Positions 1 through 11,611 of a stretch of 64,000 nucleotides of DNA are shown here, in pieces. Each line of letters opens with the position of its first letter. The first letter of the stretch is position 1. The notes under the pieces were generated by a model. That model saw only the letters and a program-made list of their open reading frames with translations, did no database searches and was not told where the DNA came from. The position numbers and the translations under genes are program-made. Source of the DNA: Okamejei kenojei (Eukaryota); NCBI GenBank assembly GCA_035221665.1, contig CM069147.1, positions 47,120,001 through 47,184,000 on the forward strand. Reading direction: 5' to 3'.

Positions 1-1069
1 CTTTAAGGAGCGATCTTTAAAATAAGCAGTTGGGTGTTAACACTTTCATATTTGTGACCATGCTGTTTGCAACATAGATATCAGCTGTCAGAAGAACCTT
101 ACATGGCATATTGTTAAAGTTTTAAATGTTAAGGGAGAGTCTAGAAATGTTTATGTGCATAGAATGTCCCCTTCAGTGAGAATAGGAACTTCCTACACCC
201 AGTACCTTCAGTGGAAAAGCCCAGATTTAACTTTATCTAGCCCAAATTCTGTTAATAGCAATGGGAATCAGTATTTGAGTCTTCAATTTGGTTCAGTTAA
301 ATTTACCTAGAATCTCAGAATTGAGGGTGAAACATTATTCTTCAGAGCACAAGAGCCATCGTAATACAAACTAAATGGCAATAACAGTTCATGGAACTGT
401 GTCAAACATTTGGCAAAACTAAGGAAAATAATAAAATCCATTATGAAAATAAATTGTTAACTTGACAGTCAGACTGTACCATTGTACTTTTTTAGTGCAA
501 AACAAAATGACATGCAAATTCTAATTGAAACATACATGCATATAAACATAATCGCTGGATGTTGTTTTCTGATTAAAATAAGTTGGTAATAACCATGATA
601 TTGGCTGCGAAATTTGATGGTGACAGCATAATTTGTCAATTATCAAATGCCATGTTAAGTCTGATGGCCATAATTGTAAAGTCCATAAGATTGAAAATGG
701 ACTGTGAATCTTGTATTAGAAAGAAAAGGGCAATGCTTTTAGCTTATAATCCAAGCACATAACAAATATGAAGTGGTTAACTGAGATTTTCTTAATCAAC
801 GATAAATGACAAACATGCAGCCAATAAAGTGGCCAAAGCAGATTCAAGCAGACTTTGACTGTTCTCGCCAAGAATGAATGATAACATGTAAAGATCTGAT
901 GACAAGGGTTACAAATGTACACATTCATCGACACTGGATGGAATATTTGTGTCATTTTATGAAAGATTTGAACAATTGATTTTGCTATCTCTTTACTGCC
1001 CCGCCCCAGATTAAAACTATAATTTCACTTAAAGTTAATTTAGGGTAAAGACATCCCAATGTAAAATTA

Positions 1070-1955
1070 AAACATGGAACAGTACAGCACAAGAACAGGC
1101 ACTTCGGCCCACTTTGGCCGAACATGATGCCAAGACCATCTCTTATCTACCTGCGCATAATCCATATCCCTCCATTCCTTGCATATCCATATGCCTATCC
1201 AAAAGCCTCTCAAATGCCACCATCATATCTGCCTCAAACCAGCAACACTGGCAACATGATCCAGGCACTCACCACCCTCTGTGTAAAAATAAATTGCACC
1301 GTACATCTCCTTTAAACTTTGCTTCTCACGCCTTAAAGCCATGCACTCTAGTATTTGATTTTTTTTCCTTGGGGGGGGAAAAAAGGTCTGACTATCTACC
1401 CTATCTATGCCTCTTTTGATTTTATATACACCTATCAGGTTTCCTGCAACCTCCAGCATTTGAGAGATAACAATATATGTCTGTCCAATCTCCCTCTAAT
1501 ATCCCCTAATCCAGGCAGCATTCTAGTAAACCTCCTCTGCACCATTTCCAAATCCTCCACATCCGACCTACAAAGGGCGACCAGAACCACACACAATAGC
1601 CCTGTCGAGCTGCAACATGACATCCTGAATCTTGCACTCGGTGCCCCAATTTATGAAGGCAAGCATACCATATGTCTTCTTTACCATTCTGTGTGTTGCC
1701 ATTTTTTGGGAGCTATGGACTTGGACCCCAAGATTACCTCTGTACATCAATGCTGTTGTAGGTTCTGCCATGAATTGTATAATTCCCCTTACATTTGACC
1801 TCCCTACGTGCAGCACCTCGTTCAAGCCTGGATTAACTCCAGCTGCTATATCTCCACCCATTTCTGTAGCTGATCTATATCCTGCTGTTTACCTTGACAG
1901 CCTTCCTCGCAAACCCCAGCAATCTTTGTCATCTGCAAACTTACTAACCAATTTG
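1070..1955 (-). mobile_element. Degenerate CR1 LINE 3' portion
   Basis: Frameshifted ORF2 pieces: NLGVQVHSSQKMATH, YGMLAFINWG, LEMVQRRFTRMLPGL, SLQMTKIAGV. Confidence 0.88.
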
Positions 1956-3299
1956 TTTTGCTTTTGTAGTTTCTGCAACTATACATCTCGGAAATGTATA
2001 ATGTATGCATCTCTGAAATGGATATTTTTTTCCTTATTCTTATAACGTGTAGCATAATCTAACCATGATTATTTGTTGTTATCATTCACTTATTGCCATT
2101 TTTTAATGAGTGTGAACTAATTAATGTATTATTGAATGTATATTTCACTTTTTTAAATAATGAGTATATCTTTAATAAATAAATATAAATTGTGCAAATG
2201 GAATAAACGCTAACACTGTGAAGGTGCACAGTATTGCATGTGATACTTTGGTACCAATGACACTGAGAGAAAAAGGGATGGGGTGCAGCAGGCACATTTG
2301 AAGAGGTTAGCAAAACGTTTTAGGACCATGAGCTCAAACATACAGTAGTAATTTCTAGATTGCTCCCAATGCCGTATGCAAGCAACTATAGAGATGAGAG
2401 GCTATTGTGAATGGAAGCATAACTGAGAGGATGGTGAAGGAAGGAGGGGCTTGATTCATGGGACCTGATCTGATTACGTGGACTTGTACAAACCAGATCC
2501 ATTGCATCACAACAAAATTGGAAACAGTGCTTGTTCTATTTTGGGAGAATTGAATTGTAGACTGGCAATGGAGGAAGGCTGAAATAAATTTGGTAGGGTT
2601 GCAAGCTGAACTGTAACCTTGAAAAATAAAGAGAAAAAGGTGCACAAAGGATTAGGGTAAGAGTGCCAGAGCAAGAAATAGTGCCGTTTTATCCTAACAT
2701 AAAATAGTACGGTAATTATATGTGGGTAAGTGAGCTGAGAGATGACTAATGGGGTTTAATTCAGATAAGAGTTAAATGCTGCGTTTTGGGAAATCAAGCC
2801 AATGCAGGACATTCACCGTGAACAGTAAGGCCCAGGGGAATGTTGCAGAACAGTGGGATCGAGGAATACATGTAATCCCTTGTTTTAATGGACTCCATTA
2901 TAACAAATTTTGGTTGTAGCGGATGGACCTGCTGACGCCATCCCGGCTCGCATGGCCTCCCCAGTCCCAGCTTCCGATACCACCCCCGATTCTCAAGGTG
3001 CACCAGTGAGCCCTTCTTCACCCACTGCAAAGTCCGTTTGATGTGGCTGTTGTTGTGGCTCAAATTGCAGCCCAAGATTCCAATTCCAAGATTTAATTGG
3101 AACCTTTGGATTAACTTTTTACACAGAGTGTGCACGGAATGATCCGCTAGAGGAAGTTGTTGTACAATTACAACACTTAAACAAACATTTGGACAGGTAC
3201 ATGAATAGGAATTATTTAGAGGGATTTGAGGCATCTCAATCAGCATAGACAAGCTTTACTGATGGAGGTATAAAGTGTGAAAAGGTATTAAGCGAGTAC

Positions 3300-4465
3300 T
3301 TTATCAGCCAATACTGAGGAAGTTGATGTTGCTGGATTCACAGCAAAATAAAAATTGTTCAGATACTGGATGGACTAAAATTTGATAAAGAAGAGATACT
3401 AGAAGGGTTGGTATGCATAAAATGAATAAAATATCCAATTTGGATGGGATGCATCTTATGTTGGAGGAAGCGAATTTGAGAGAATTGACTAATAATTAAA
3501 ACATGCAAATAAATGGGTAAGTGTCTAAGGAATGCAGATCTGCAAATCCTGTAGGCCTGTGCATAAAATGAATGTAAGGCAAACCTAGCATCCATAAATC
3601 AGTCAGTTTAACCTCAATGGTGAGAAAATATTTAGAAACAATAATAAGCGACGGTTATCAGTCACGCGAACCACGATGGATTGGCAAGGGAAAACCAGTC
3701 AGCATTTATTGAGGACAAATCACATTTATCTAATTTATGATTATTGATGAGGTCATATCAAAAGGCGAATGAAGAAAATGTGTTACATCTGGACTTTTAA
3801 AAGGCACTGATAAACTGCTGCATAATAGTCTTATCATAAAGATGAATGCCTATGGAATATAAGTAGCAGTGGAAGAATGTTAGAAAAATTGACTAAATGA
3901 CGAAACAATAAGTGGTAGTGATTTTTTTTGGTTTGGAGGAATATACTGTAGTGTTCCTCAGGGATCAGTACCAGGATCAGTAGTTTTCTGAACATAAATT
4001 AATAATTTGGTCTTAGGAGTTCACGACACCACTTTTCAGAAAAGTCCAAGTGTAACAGGAAGCGTAAGGAGAGGTATTTGTGCATAGTTCAAGGAAAATG
4101 GCAGTGATTAAGAAAGTGGTTTAAAAAAATAATTGGGGTCTTTGGGTTTACAAATAGATATGTAATGAGAGCAAGGAAAAGGTGATGAAGCTTTATAAGG
4201 CATTAGATAAAACTTTATCACCCAGAGAGTTGTGAATCTGTGGAATTCTCTGCCACAGAATGCAGTGTAGGTCAATTCACTGGATGTATTCAATAGAGTG
4301 AGATGTAGCTCTGAGGGCAAACAGAATCAAGGGACATGGGGAAAAAAAAACAGGAACAGGGTACTGATTCTGGATGATTAGCTATGATCATATTGAATGA
4401 TGGTGTTGGCATGAAGGGCCGAATGGCCTTCTCCTGCACCTACTTTCTATGTTTCTATATTCTAT
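3300..4465 (+). mobile_element. Old CR1 RT remnants with a younger CR1 3' end at 4215-4465
   Basis: Decayed RT motifs (SVSLTS near 3600, LDF.KA near 3790, VPQGSV near 3952). 4215-4465 matches the CR1 3'UTR and ends TTTCTATGTTTCTATATTCTAT. Confidence 0.75.
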
Positions 4466-7287
4466 CAACTAGATTTTAGAAAAGATGTGAAAGCTGTAGA
4501 CATCTGTAGGCATCTTTTAGGACTTCTTGGAAAAGGGGTAATAGAAACTGGATCTGATTAAGGTATTTAAAAACGTGAAGATTCTAAAGAGTAAGTAGAT
4601 GGAGAGAAGATACTGTCATTAGTGGAAGGGTCATGAACCTGAGGACAAAGAAGGAAATTACAAAAGAACCAGAAGTGACATGAAGAAAAACTTGTTTACA
4701 GAAGCAGTTAGGATCTAAACTGTGCTGCTGGAGGAAACGGATGGATACCAATTGTGACATTTAAAAAGGAACTGGATAACTATGAGAAAGAAAATAGTAC
4801 ATTTTTATATCCTATGTTCTCAACATTCATGTATATTTAACAGACAAGCAGTATTTTATTTTAATAAAACTTACTGAACAGTTAAAACAAACTTTTGCAG
4901 CAATGCTTCAAATCTCTTCTTTGTTTATTCAAATCTCTGTTAAATTAAACCATATATTTTCCATCTTGAATGGCAAAATTGTCAGTATGCACAAATAAAT
5001 AGAAGGTGTATCTTCGCAGAATTAGATAATGGATATTTAAATGGAGCGGGCAAAACATGGAAGGTGTGGCAGGAAGATTGGAGCAGGGAATCAATTCCAA
5101 GAAGGCATTTACAAAGTTATACAGGTAAATAGTAAATAAATTGCAGCACATTAATTTTTTTGTAAGTAAGCTAGAGTTCACATTAGTTGAAAAAAAATAA
5201 AGGTGTGAATGAAGAAGGTGAATAGAGGAATCTGACAATACAAATACACATCGCCAAGAATTGCCACGGGAATAATACTCAAATAAAAGTTAACTAAGAA
5301 ATCAGGATTTAGTACAAGGCAGATCAAATTGAAAATTAGGGAGTTTTCTTTCTGATCTTGGAGGGCTCAAATTTGTATAGAGTATTGAGACCTGTATACC
5401 ATTCTGGTAGCAAGATACATATGATACCAGAAGGAAGGGATTTCCATATCAGAAAAAGATTAATAATCTCAGTATTTTTTTCTATTGGAAATAAGCAGTC
5501 TGCGGCGAGACCTAATAGATATCTATAAAATTATATTATTGAGATTTGGAGTACAATAAGATGTAAAAACCGAAATTACTGGAAGCACTTAGCAGGTTTG
5601 GCAGCATCTGTTTAAAGAAATAACAGTGTCAGTATTTCAGGTTAAAGATCCTTCATCAAGACTGACTTGAAACGTTAACTCTATTCCATTTTCTACAGAT
5701 GTTGCCTGACTTGCTGACTGTTTCATTGTGAATTTCAGAAGCAATTCAATCTGGAATTCTGAACAAAATTCTTTTTTACACTGTAACTCAGTTGAAATAA
5801 TAGAAACCTTAATGGGAAAGTTCGCTAAGTACATGAGGGGGTAAGGAAATTAAGCGCTATATTATAGTGATAACAAGGGAAGGTTGAGGAGAGGACAAAT
5901 GCTTTTATGGATTAATTGGGCTAAATGGATGGGTTTCAGTGCTGTATGTACCATGTATTTCTAGTTCAACATAATCACCATTAGGCACATACGCATTAAA
6001 AAAAAAACCATATGCTGAATATAGTTTCCATCCAATCTTTGACTCAATTCAAACAAGCATGCTCTTTTGCACCAATGAGTATTTTTCCATACTCTTTTTC
6101 TTGTGGCATCATTTAGTGAATGACTAACATCAATTTAGAGACACACATGGTGCAGTTTTATCTTGCAATCATACATTCATAATTCATGAATAGTTTGTAT
6201 ATATTTAATAATTTGTCATAAATTTGATATGAATTGTTTTTACAAACCCAACAATTAAGTATTTTCTAAAACTGCAATTTAATATGCCTCATCTTTTTCA
6301 AATTGCCTTGGATACAAAGCAGCCTCATTTTTGCTATTTTTACTGCAAAAGAAGACGACAAAGCACAAAACGTTTCACTAAAAATAGAATTGGTAAAGAT
6401 CTGAATTGTTGATTTGCAGCCATTTTCTTAATTTTCTTAGTCAAAATAAAATATTCTATCATATTTGAGAGCCATAGGTGTCAAGCCATAGATGTCAATT
6501 ATTGTTATTCAGAAATATTTATATTAAAATTAATCACTTTTCTAATTATTGTTATTCTATTGTCCCCATTTCAGCTTGTATTTCTTCAGGATTTGTCTTG
6601 TGATTCACAGTTGAATTTTGAACCCAGCCTGTGCATTCATGCTTAAATTATGTACTTGCAGCATAAATTCTAATTTAGAAAAAATAACATAATTGATAGT
6701 GAGCTCAGAGAGAGAAAGTAAACAGCAGTATCTGATGTTGCAGCAAGGATTGTTGCTATGGCGTGGCCAGTAGAAAACTCAAAGATGAGGGCAGTAGACC
6801 ATTTTGAAAGAGTGCTATAAATGGGTGGACAGGGAGACCCATCTGTCAAGTTTGATTCAGCATTAGAGTGGTTACAAATGTTCATGAGAGCTACTGTGGT
6901 ATGTTATACAGAATTGGGTAGTCATTTAGTAGAAGCATCCATTGGGGAGTGGGGTGTGCATAGTTGTAGAAGTAATCAAAGGATAATATAGATAAATTTA
7001 AGGTTTTTTTTGAGTCATTGAATATTTTCTATCTTGATTAATGATGGTTGCTTAGAGGTTCTTCATGATTTCATTAGATCCAAATGGACTCTCATTATGG
7101 CCTCATTAAGAATTTGAACAAGTGGCCTTGAGTTAAGTCGAAAATCAGTCATGATTTTCAATTCTGATAATTATCCAGTGAACTCTTTCACAATCCTTGT
7201 GGATGTCAAGGAAAGATCAGATCAAGCTATGGTGTGCTGCCTTTTCTTCTCTGAAACTGGGCCACTATAAAAGTGAACAGTCCTTGA

Positions 7288-7690
7288 TAGAAACATAGAA
7301 AATAGGTGCAGGAAAAGGCCATTCGGCCCTTCAAGCCAGCACCGCCATTCATTGTGATCATGGCTGATCATCCCCAATCAATAACCCATGCCTGCCTCTC
7401 CCCTTATCCCTTGACTCCACCAGCCCCTAGAGCTCTATCTAACTCTCTCTTAAAGCCATCCAGTGATTTGGCCTCCACTGCCCTCTGTGGCAGGGAATTC
7501 CACAAATTCACAACTCTCTGGGTGACAAAGTTTTTTTCTCACCTCAGTCTTAAATGGCCTCCCCTTTATTCAAAGACTGTGGCCCCTGGTTCTGGACTCG
7601 CCCAACATTGGGGAATTTTTTTCCTGCATCTAGCTTGTCCAGTCCTTTTATAATTTCATGTGTCTCTATAAGATATCCCCTCATCCTTCT
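7288..7690 (-). mobile_element. CR1 LINE 3' fragment with target site duplication
   Basis: Same 3'UTR and tail as the 14272 copy; RMRGYLIETHEIIKGLDKLDAGK. CTTGATAGA flanks both ends (7283-7291, 7689-7697). Confidence 0.92.
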
Positions 7691-9127
7691 TGATAGAGGA
7701 GAAAATTGAAAGAACAATGCACTGTAATGTACACCAAGTGCCATTAAGCATTGAATGTAGAGGAGGTTGCACTGCACTTAGTCTACATTACAGTGCATAG
7801 TTCTTCCAATTATCCAGTTATTTCAGTAATTGGATAATTTAGTATTTTAGCTCTGATCCCTATCTCTATGCTACTAATGTTGTTTAAGCTAAATTATTGA
7901 ATAATATAAATATTCAGTAGCCAATTGTTTAATGGTAATTAATTGTATATTTTTACAGCATTATAATTGTGATATGTTTATAATTCAGCATGAACATTTT
8001 ATAGGCCATAAAAGTGCTTTGAATTGCCTTAATTAATAATATTAAAATTCTGTCATGACAGTGTTTATTTTCCACGAGGAGTAGAATTATATTTCTGAAA
8101 TGAATTGGAATTGTTACTAATTACAAATTGTGTGTGAAAGTTATTTTCTTCAGTAGCAAATATTTCCACATTTTATTTATGCCGTGTTGCCACTTTTTTT
8201 GTTGCCACTATCTTCCCAAATCAATTAATTTGTTGCAAATTTTATGGTGATAAATATTTAACTTTGAATCAACAAAAAAAAATTGATTTTTTCTTGCTTT
8301 CAGAAAGAGTGGCACATTGCAGTTAATAGTTTCAAGAAATGATGGAAAAATAATCCTGAGCAGATCCTATTTATTAAATAAATACCCTTCCAATAATAGC
8401 TGATTTCAAAATACATTATAATTGAATCCAGGTAATGGGAAAAATAGGCATCTGATAACTGAGCCAACAAAACATAGAAGATACAAATCATAAGAGAATT
8501 CTCCAGTGGTTTCTCAATGCATCATAATAATATATAACACATACAATAAGGCAGTTCTTCAACTGTTAAGTATGGGAATCAGATCTAGAAGTTAAAATGA
8601 TGAAAAATGAAATGTGAAGACTTAGTGAGAGTGGGAAAAAATATCAAAGTTGTAGCATGCATCATGTGACGTAGATAAAGAGAGGCCATTTGAGTGAGGT
8701 ATCATAAGATTGGCAGTCAGGGAATTAAGCTGTACAGTATTGTACTGTGTTATTATAGTCCACTAACACTCTAAAATATTGAATTTTTGATTTGGATACT
8801 CTAATTTGCTTCTAAGATTTGACCAGAAATTTTCATGTTCCGATTTTGTTCATATGATCAATAGGTTGTAAACGTCTCCTTAAAAGTAGAGTACTGTTTT
8901 ACACTACATTTTGTATTTTTATTTTAGAGTTATTGTATATTTCAATCACAGATTTATTTTAATGGCCTGCTTGTACTGGGAACAATGTTAAAGTAATTTC
9001 AATTGGAAATATGGGATTGTGTCTTTTAATAATCGTTCTGATTAGATTAATGTATTATTCACGGGGGGGGGGGGGCATTCCCTTTCCAAGGAAAAGAAGG
9101 ACATAGATTGACATTGTATCATCAATA

Positions 9128-9310
9128 TGTTTTTGGAGATATAGCATGGAAACAGGCCCTTCCGCCCACCAAGTCTATGCCAACCATCGATCACACATAC
9201 ACACTTGTTCTATGTTATCCCATTTTTGCATCCACTCGCTGCATACTAGGCAATTTACAGCAGCCAATTAATTCACAAACCCACATGTCTTTGGGATGTG
9301 GGAGGAAATC
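9128..9310 (-). mobile_element. V-SINE (HE1-like) 3' half
   Basis: GGAAACAGGCCCTTC...GTCTTTGGGATGTGGGAGGAAA, collinear with the 25418 copy. Confidence 0.8.
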
Positions 9311-10350
9311 ACTATCAAGAATTTACAAAGAGCTTTTTGTTCTTCTGGAAGCAAAGACTCCTGGATGGAGTCCAGAACCAGGGAACATAAAGATCCACTC
9401 ATCAAATAAGAAGGCAATGTTTATTATTAATTCCACAAACTGAAATACTGCACCACAACTGGATGTAGCTCCAATGTCCTTGAACCACTAATATGATATA
9501 TGTATTCCAAACAAATAACATTCAGCAGCTACTTGAAAATCTGTAATAGCTAAGAAGTTTGTTGTATGTTCTGGAGGACTTGGCAAAGCAGGTTCAATGA
9601 CCTTGCATTACAATAGTGACTGCATTTTAGACATTTTAACTGTTGCGAAGGTGGGGTTGGGTGGTTAGAAATAAATGAGGAATTTTTAAAAAATGTGTTT
9701 AAGATCATGGTCCAATAAAGTGGCTTCAAATAATGCATTTTGTATTCAAAACTAAATGGGGAAAAAACGGAAAATGCTGTTTTTCAAGTGGCTATTAAAA
9801 ATTATGACAATTTGATTATTTTATTGATTTATCAGATATCAACTTTTTTTTGCAATAGAGGAGGATGGGCATAGGCTAAGTTAAACATTTGGCATCTGCC
9901 CAATATATCTGCTATACTTTAGGTAAAATGCTGTTATAAATAAAGTTGTTCATTTACCATAATGTGCAACACACTTAGAGCTGTTTTGCTTTCAGTACAG
10001 GCAGATACTTTATCTGCTTTGCGCTGTCTTTGAAGCCTGTTTTCAGATCAAATAATTTTATCACATTTCCTTGTATAAATATATTTATGATAATTTGGTG
10101 ACCTCTGCCGAATGGAAACCAATTGTAGATCAAGTGAAGTATAGTTTGGGTCACAATAATTCTCCATATGGTTTTTGATAGTCCCTTGTCAGCTGTATCA
10201 TAGAGAAGTGCATGCGTCTACTCCTGTTATGTTTATCATACACCTATTCAGTTGATTAGTATTTATATCATCTTTTTAATTGACTTTTAAGAATGCATAG
10301 AAATTATAATTTCAAGATTAGCTTAATTATATTTTTTATTTTAGTTTCAG

Positions 10351-10407
10351 GAACCTGCCTGTCAAGCTGAGGATTTGCAATTCAATTTGCAGTTCTTTGC
10401 TTTGTAG
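10351..10407 (+). other. Candidate stop-containing cassette (poison) exon of NFAT5
   Basis: T-rich tract + TAG/TTTCAG acceptor, TAG|GTCAGA donor, TGA at 10368-10370 in the incoming phase-1 frame. Resembles, from recall, the small stop-containing alternative exon at the same position in mammalian NFAT5. Confidence 0.6.
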
Positions 10408-10666
10408 GTCAGAAGATTATTTAAATTTTCGCTGTTTGGTTATGAACAACCCCAAGTAAATAATAACATACCAACATTTTTTTTCCCTTTATTCTGACTG
10501 GTATCCAAGTATTTGAAATAAACTAAGCATAATTTTATATAATTTTATTTCTTAGAACTTTATACATTGAATTGAAGCTTTGTGAACAATTAAACAAAAC
10601 ACGACAACAATGCTAGCTAACTCGCATTTAAACTATATATTTACATGTGGATTGTACATACCACAG

Positions 10667-11210
10667 ATGTCTCCTCCAGCGGTGGTCAAAGCAACACCTT
10701 CACCCCATCTTCCAAACCTAGCATGCATTCTACCTCAGTAACTGACAACACATCTATGCAAGTAGATAGCTGCACTCCAGAACAGGGGGTAAGTGCTCAT
10801 GGGGTAAGTGAATTACTGAGCTATGAAAACCAGTTAAGTAATGCCCCACAGCTACAGTCCACCCCCAAAAGGAGAACAGTCCTCAACATCTCTCCACCAC
10901 CTGAAGATTTGCTGGATGACAGCAGGATGTCTTGTCAGGATGATGCAGGTGACTCGGAACAGAGCAATAATATTTGGATGGATGAATCAGGCTCTAACTA
11001 CAGCATCATGAGTTCTAGTTCCTATAACGACAACACAACAGTACCAAGGAAATCACGAAAACGTTCACCTAAACAACGGCCTGGATTTGTGCGTGTGGAC
11101 GATGAAGAGTCAAATATGGATGTCTTTGATGCAGACAGTGCAAAAGGACCCCATTATGTACTTTCTCAACTCGTCTCAGAAGGCAAAAACAGCTCAAAGG
11201 GAATCAATGG
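10667..11210 (+). CDS. NFAT5: NFAT5 coding exon (first in window): auxiliary export domain and NLS region
   Basis: Acceptor CACAG|AT at 10666/7, donor GG|GTTGGT at 11210. Encodes [35 protein letters not shown] and [19 protein letters not shown], recognisable NFAT5 motifs. Phase 1 in, phase 2 out. Confidence 0.96.
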
Positions 11211-11565
11211 GTTGGTATAGCTTTTTAAAAATTTTATATGAACTTTTAAGGTAGTATTTGGATAAACCCACACAATATATACTGAAATTTACAAATGCAT
11301 TTTTTCCTTTTCCAAATCGATAGAATTTTCTTTCTATCTCATCTATTCAATTAGCAACATATTCTGAAAAAAGAAATTAAATTATCTTTGGAAGAATATA
11401 TCTAAAAGGTTTTTTTCTTATCTTTATAGCTAAAGATAATATCCATTTGTAGCCCCCAAAAAAACTGTTTAATCCGACCTCCTTGGGTATATATGTCCCT
11501 CTTTTACCTTATTTCCCATTCTGCTAATTATTTTGTGCTTTCCTCTAAAATATATATATACTTCT

Positions 11566-11568
<3 letters not shown>

Positions 11569-11606
<38 letters not shown>
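11569..11606. repeat. (TA)19 microsatellite
   Basis: Perfect TA run, with a shorter TA run at 11551-11560. Confidence 0.97.

Positions 11607-11611
<5 letters not shown>

Noticed and set aside
6570-6660. Possible cryptic exon after TTTCTTCAG|GATTTG
   Set aside because: No convincing donor nearby; 10351-10407 is a much better candidate.
9063-9075. G13 run as a functional G-quadruplex
   Set aside because: Isolated homopolymer with no supporting context; length prone to sequencing error.
1-10340. Upstream NFAT5 exons or a promoter
   Set aside because: No NFAT5 N-terminal peptide or CpG island found; the region reads as intron.
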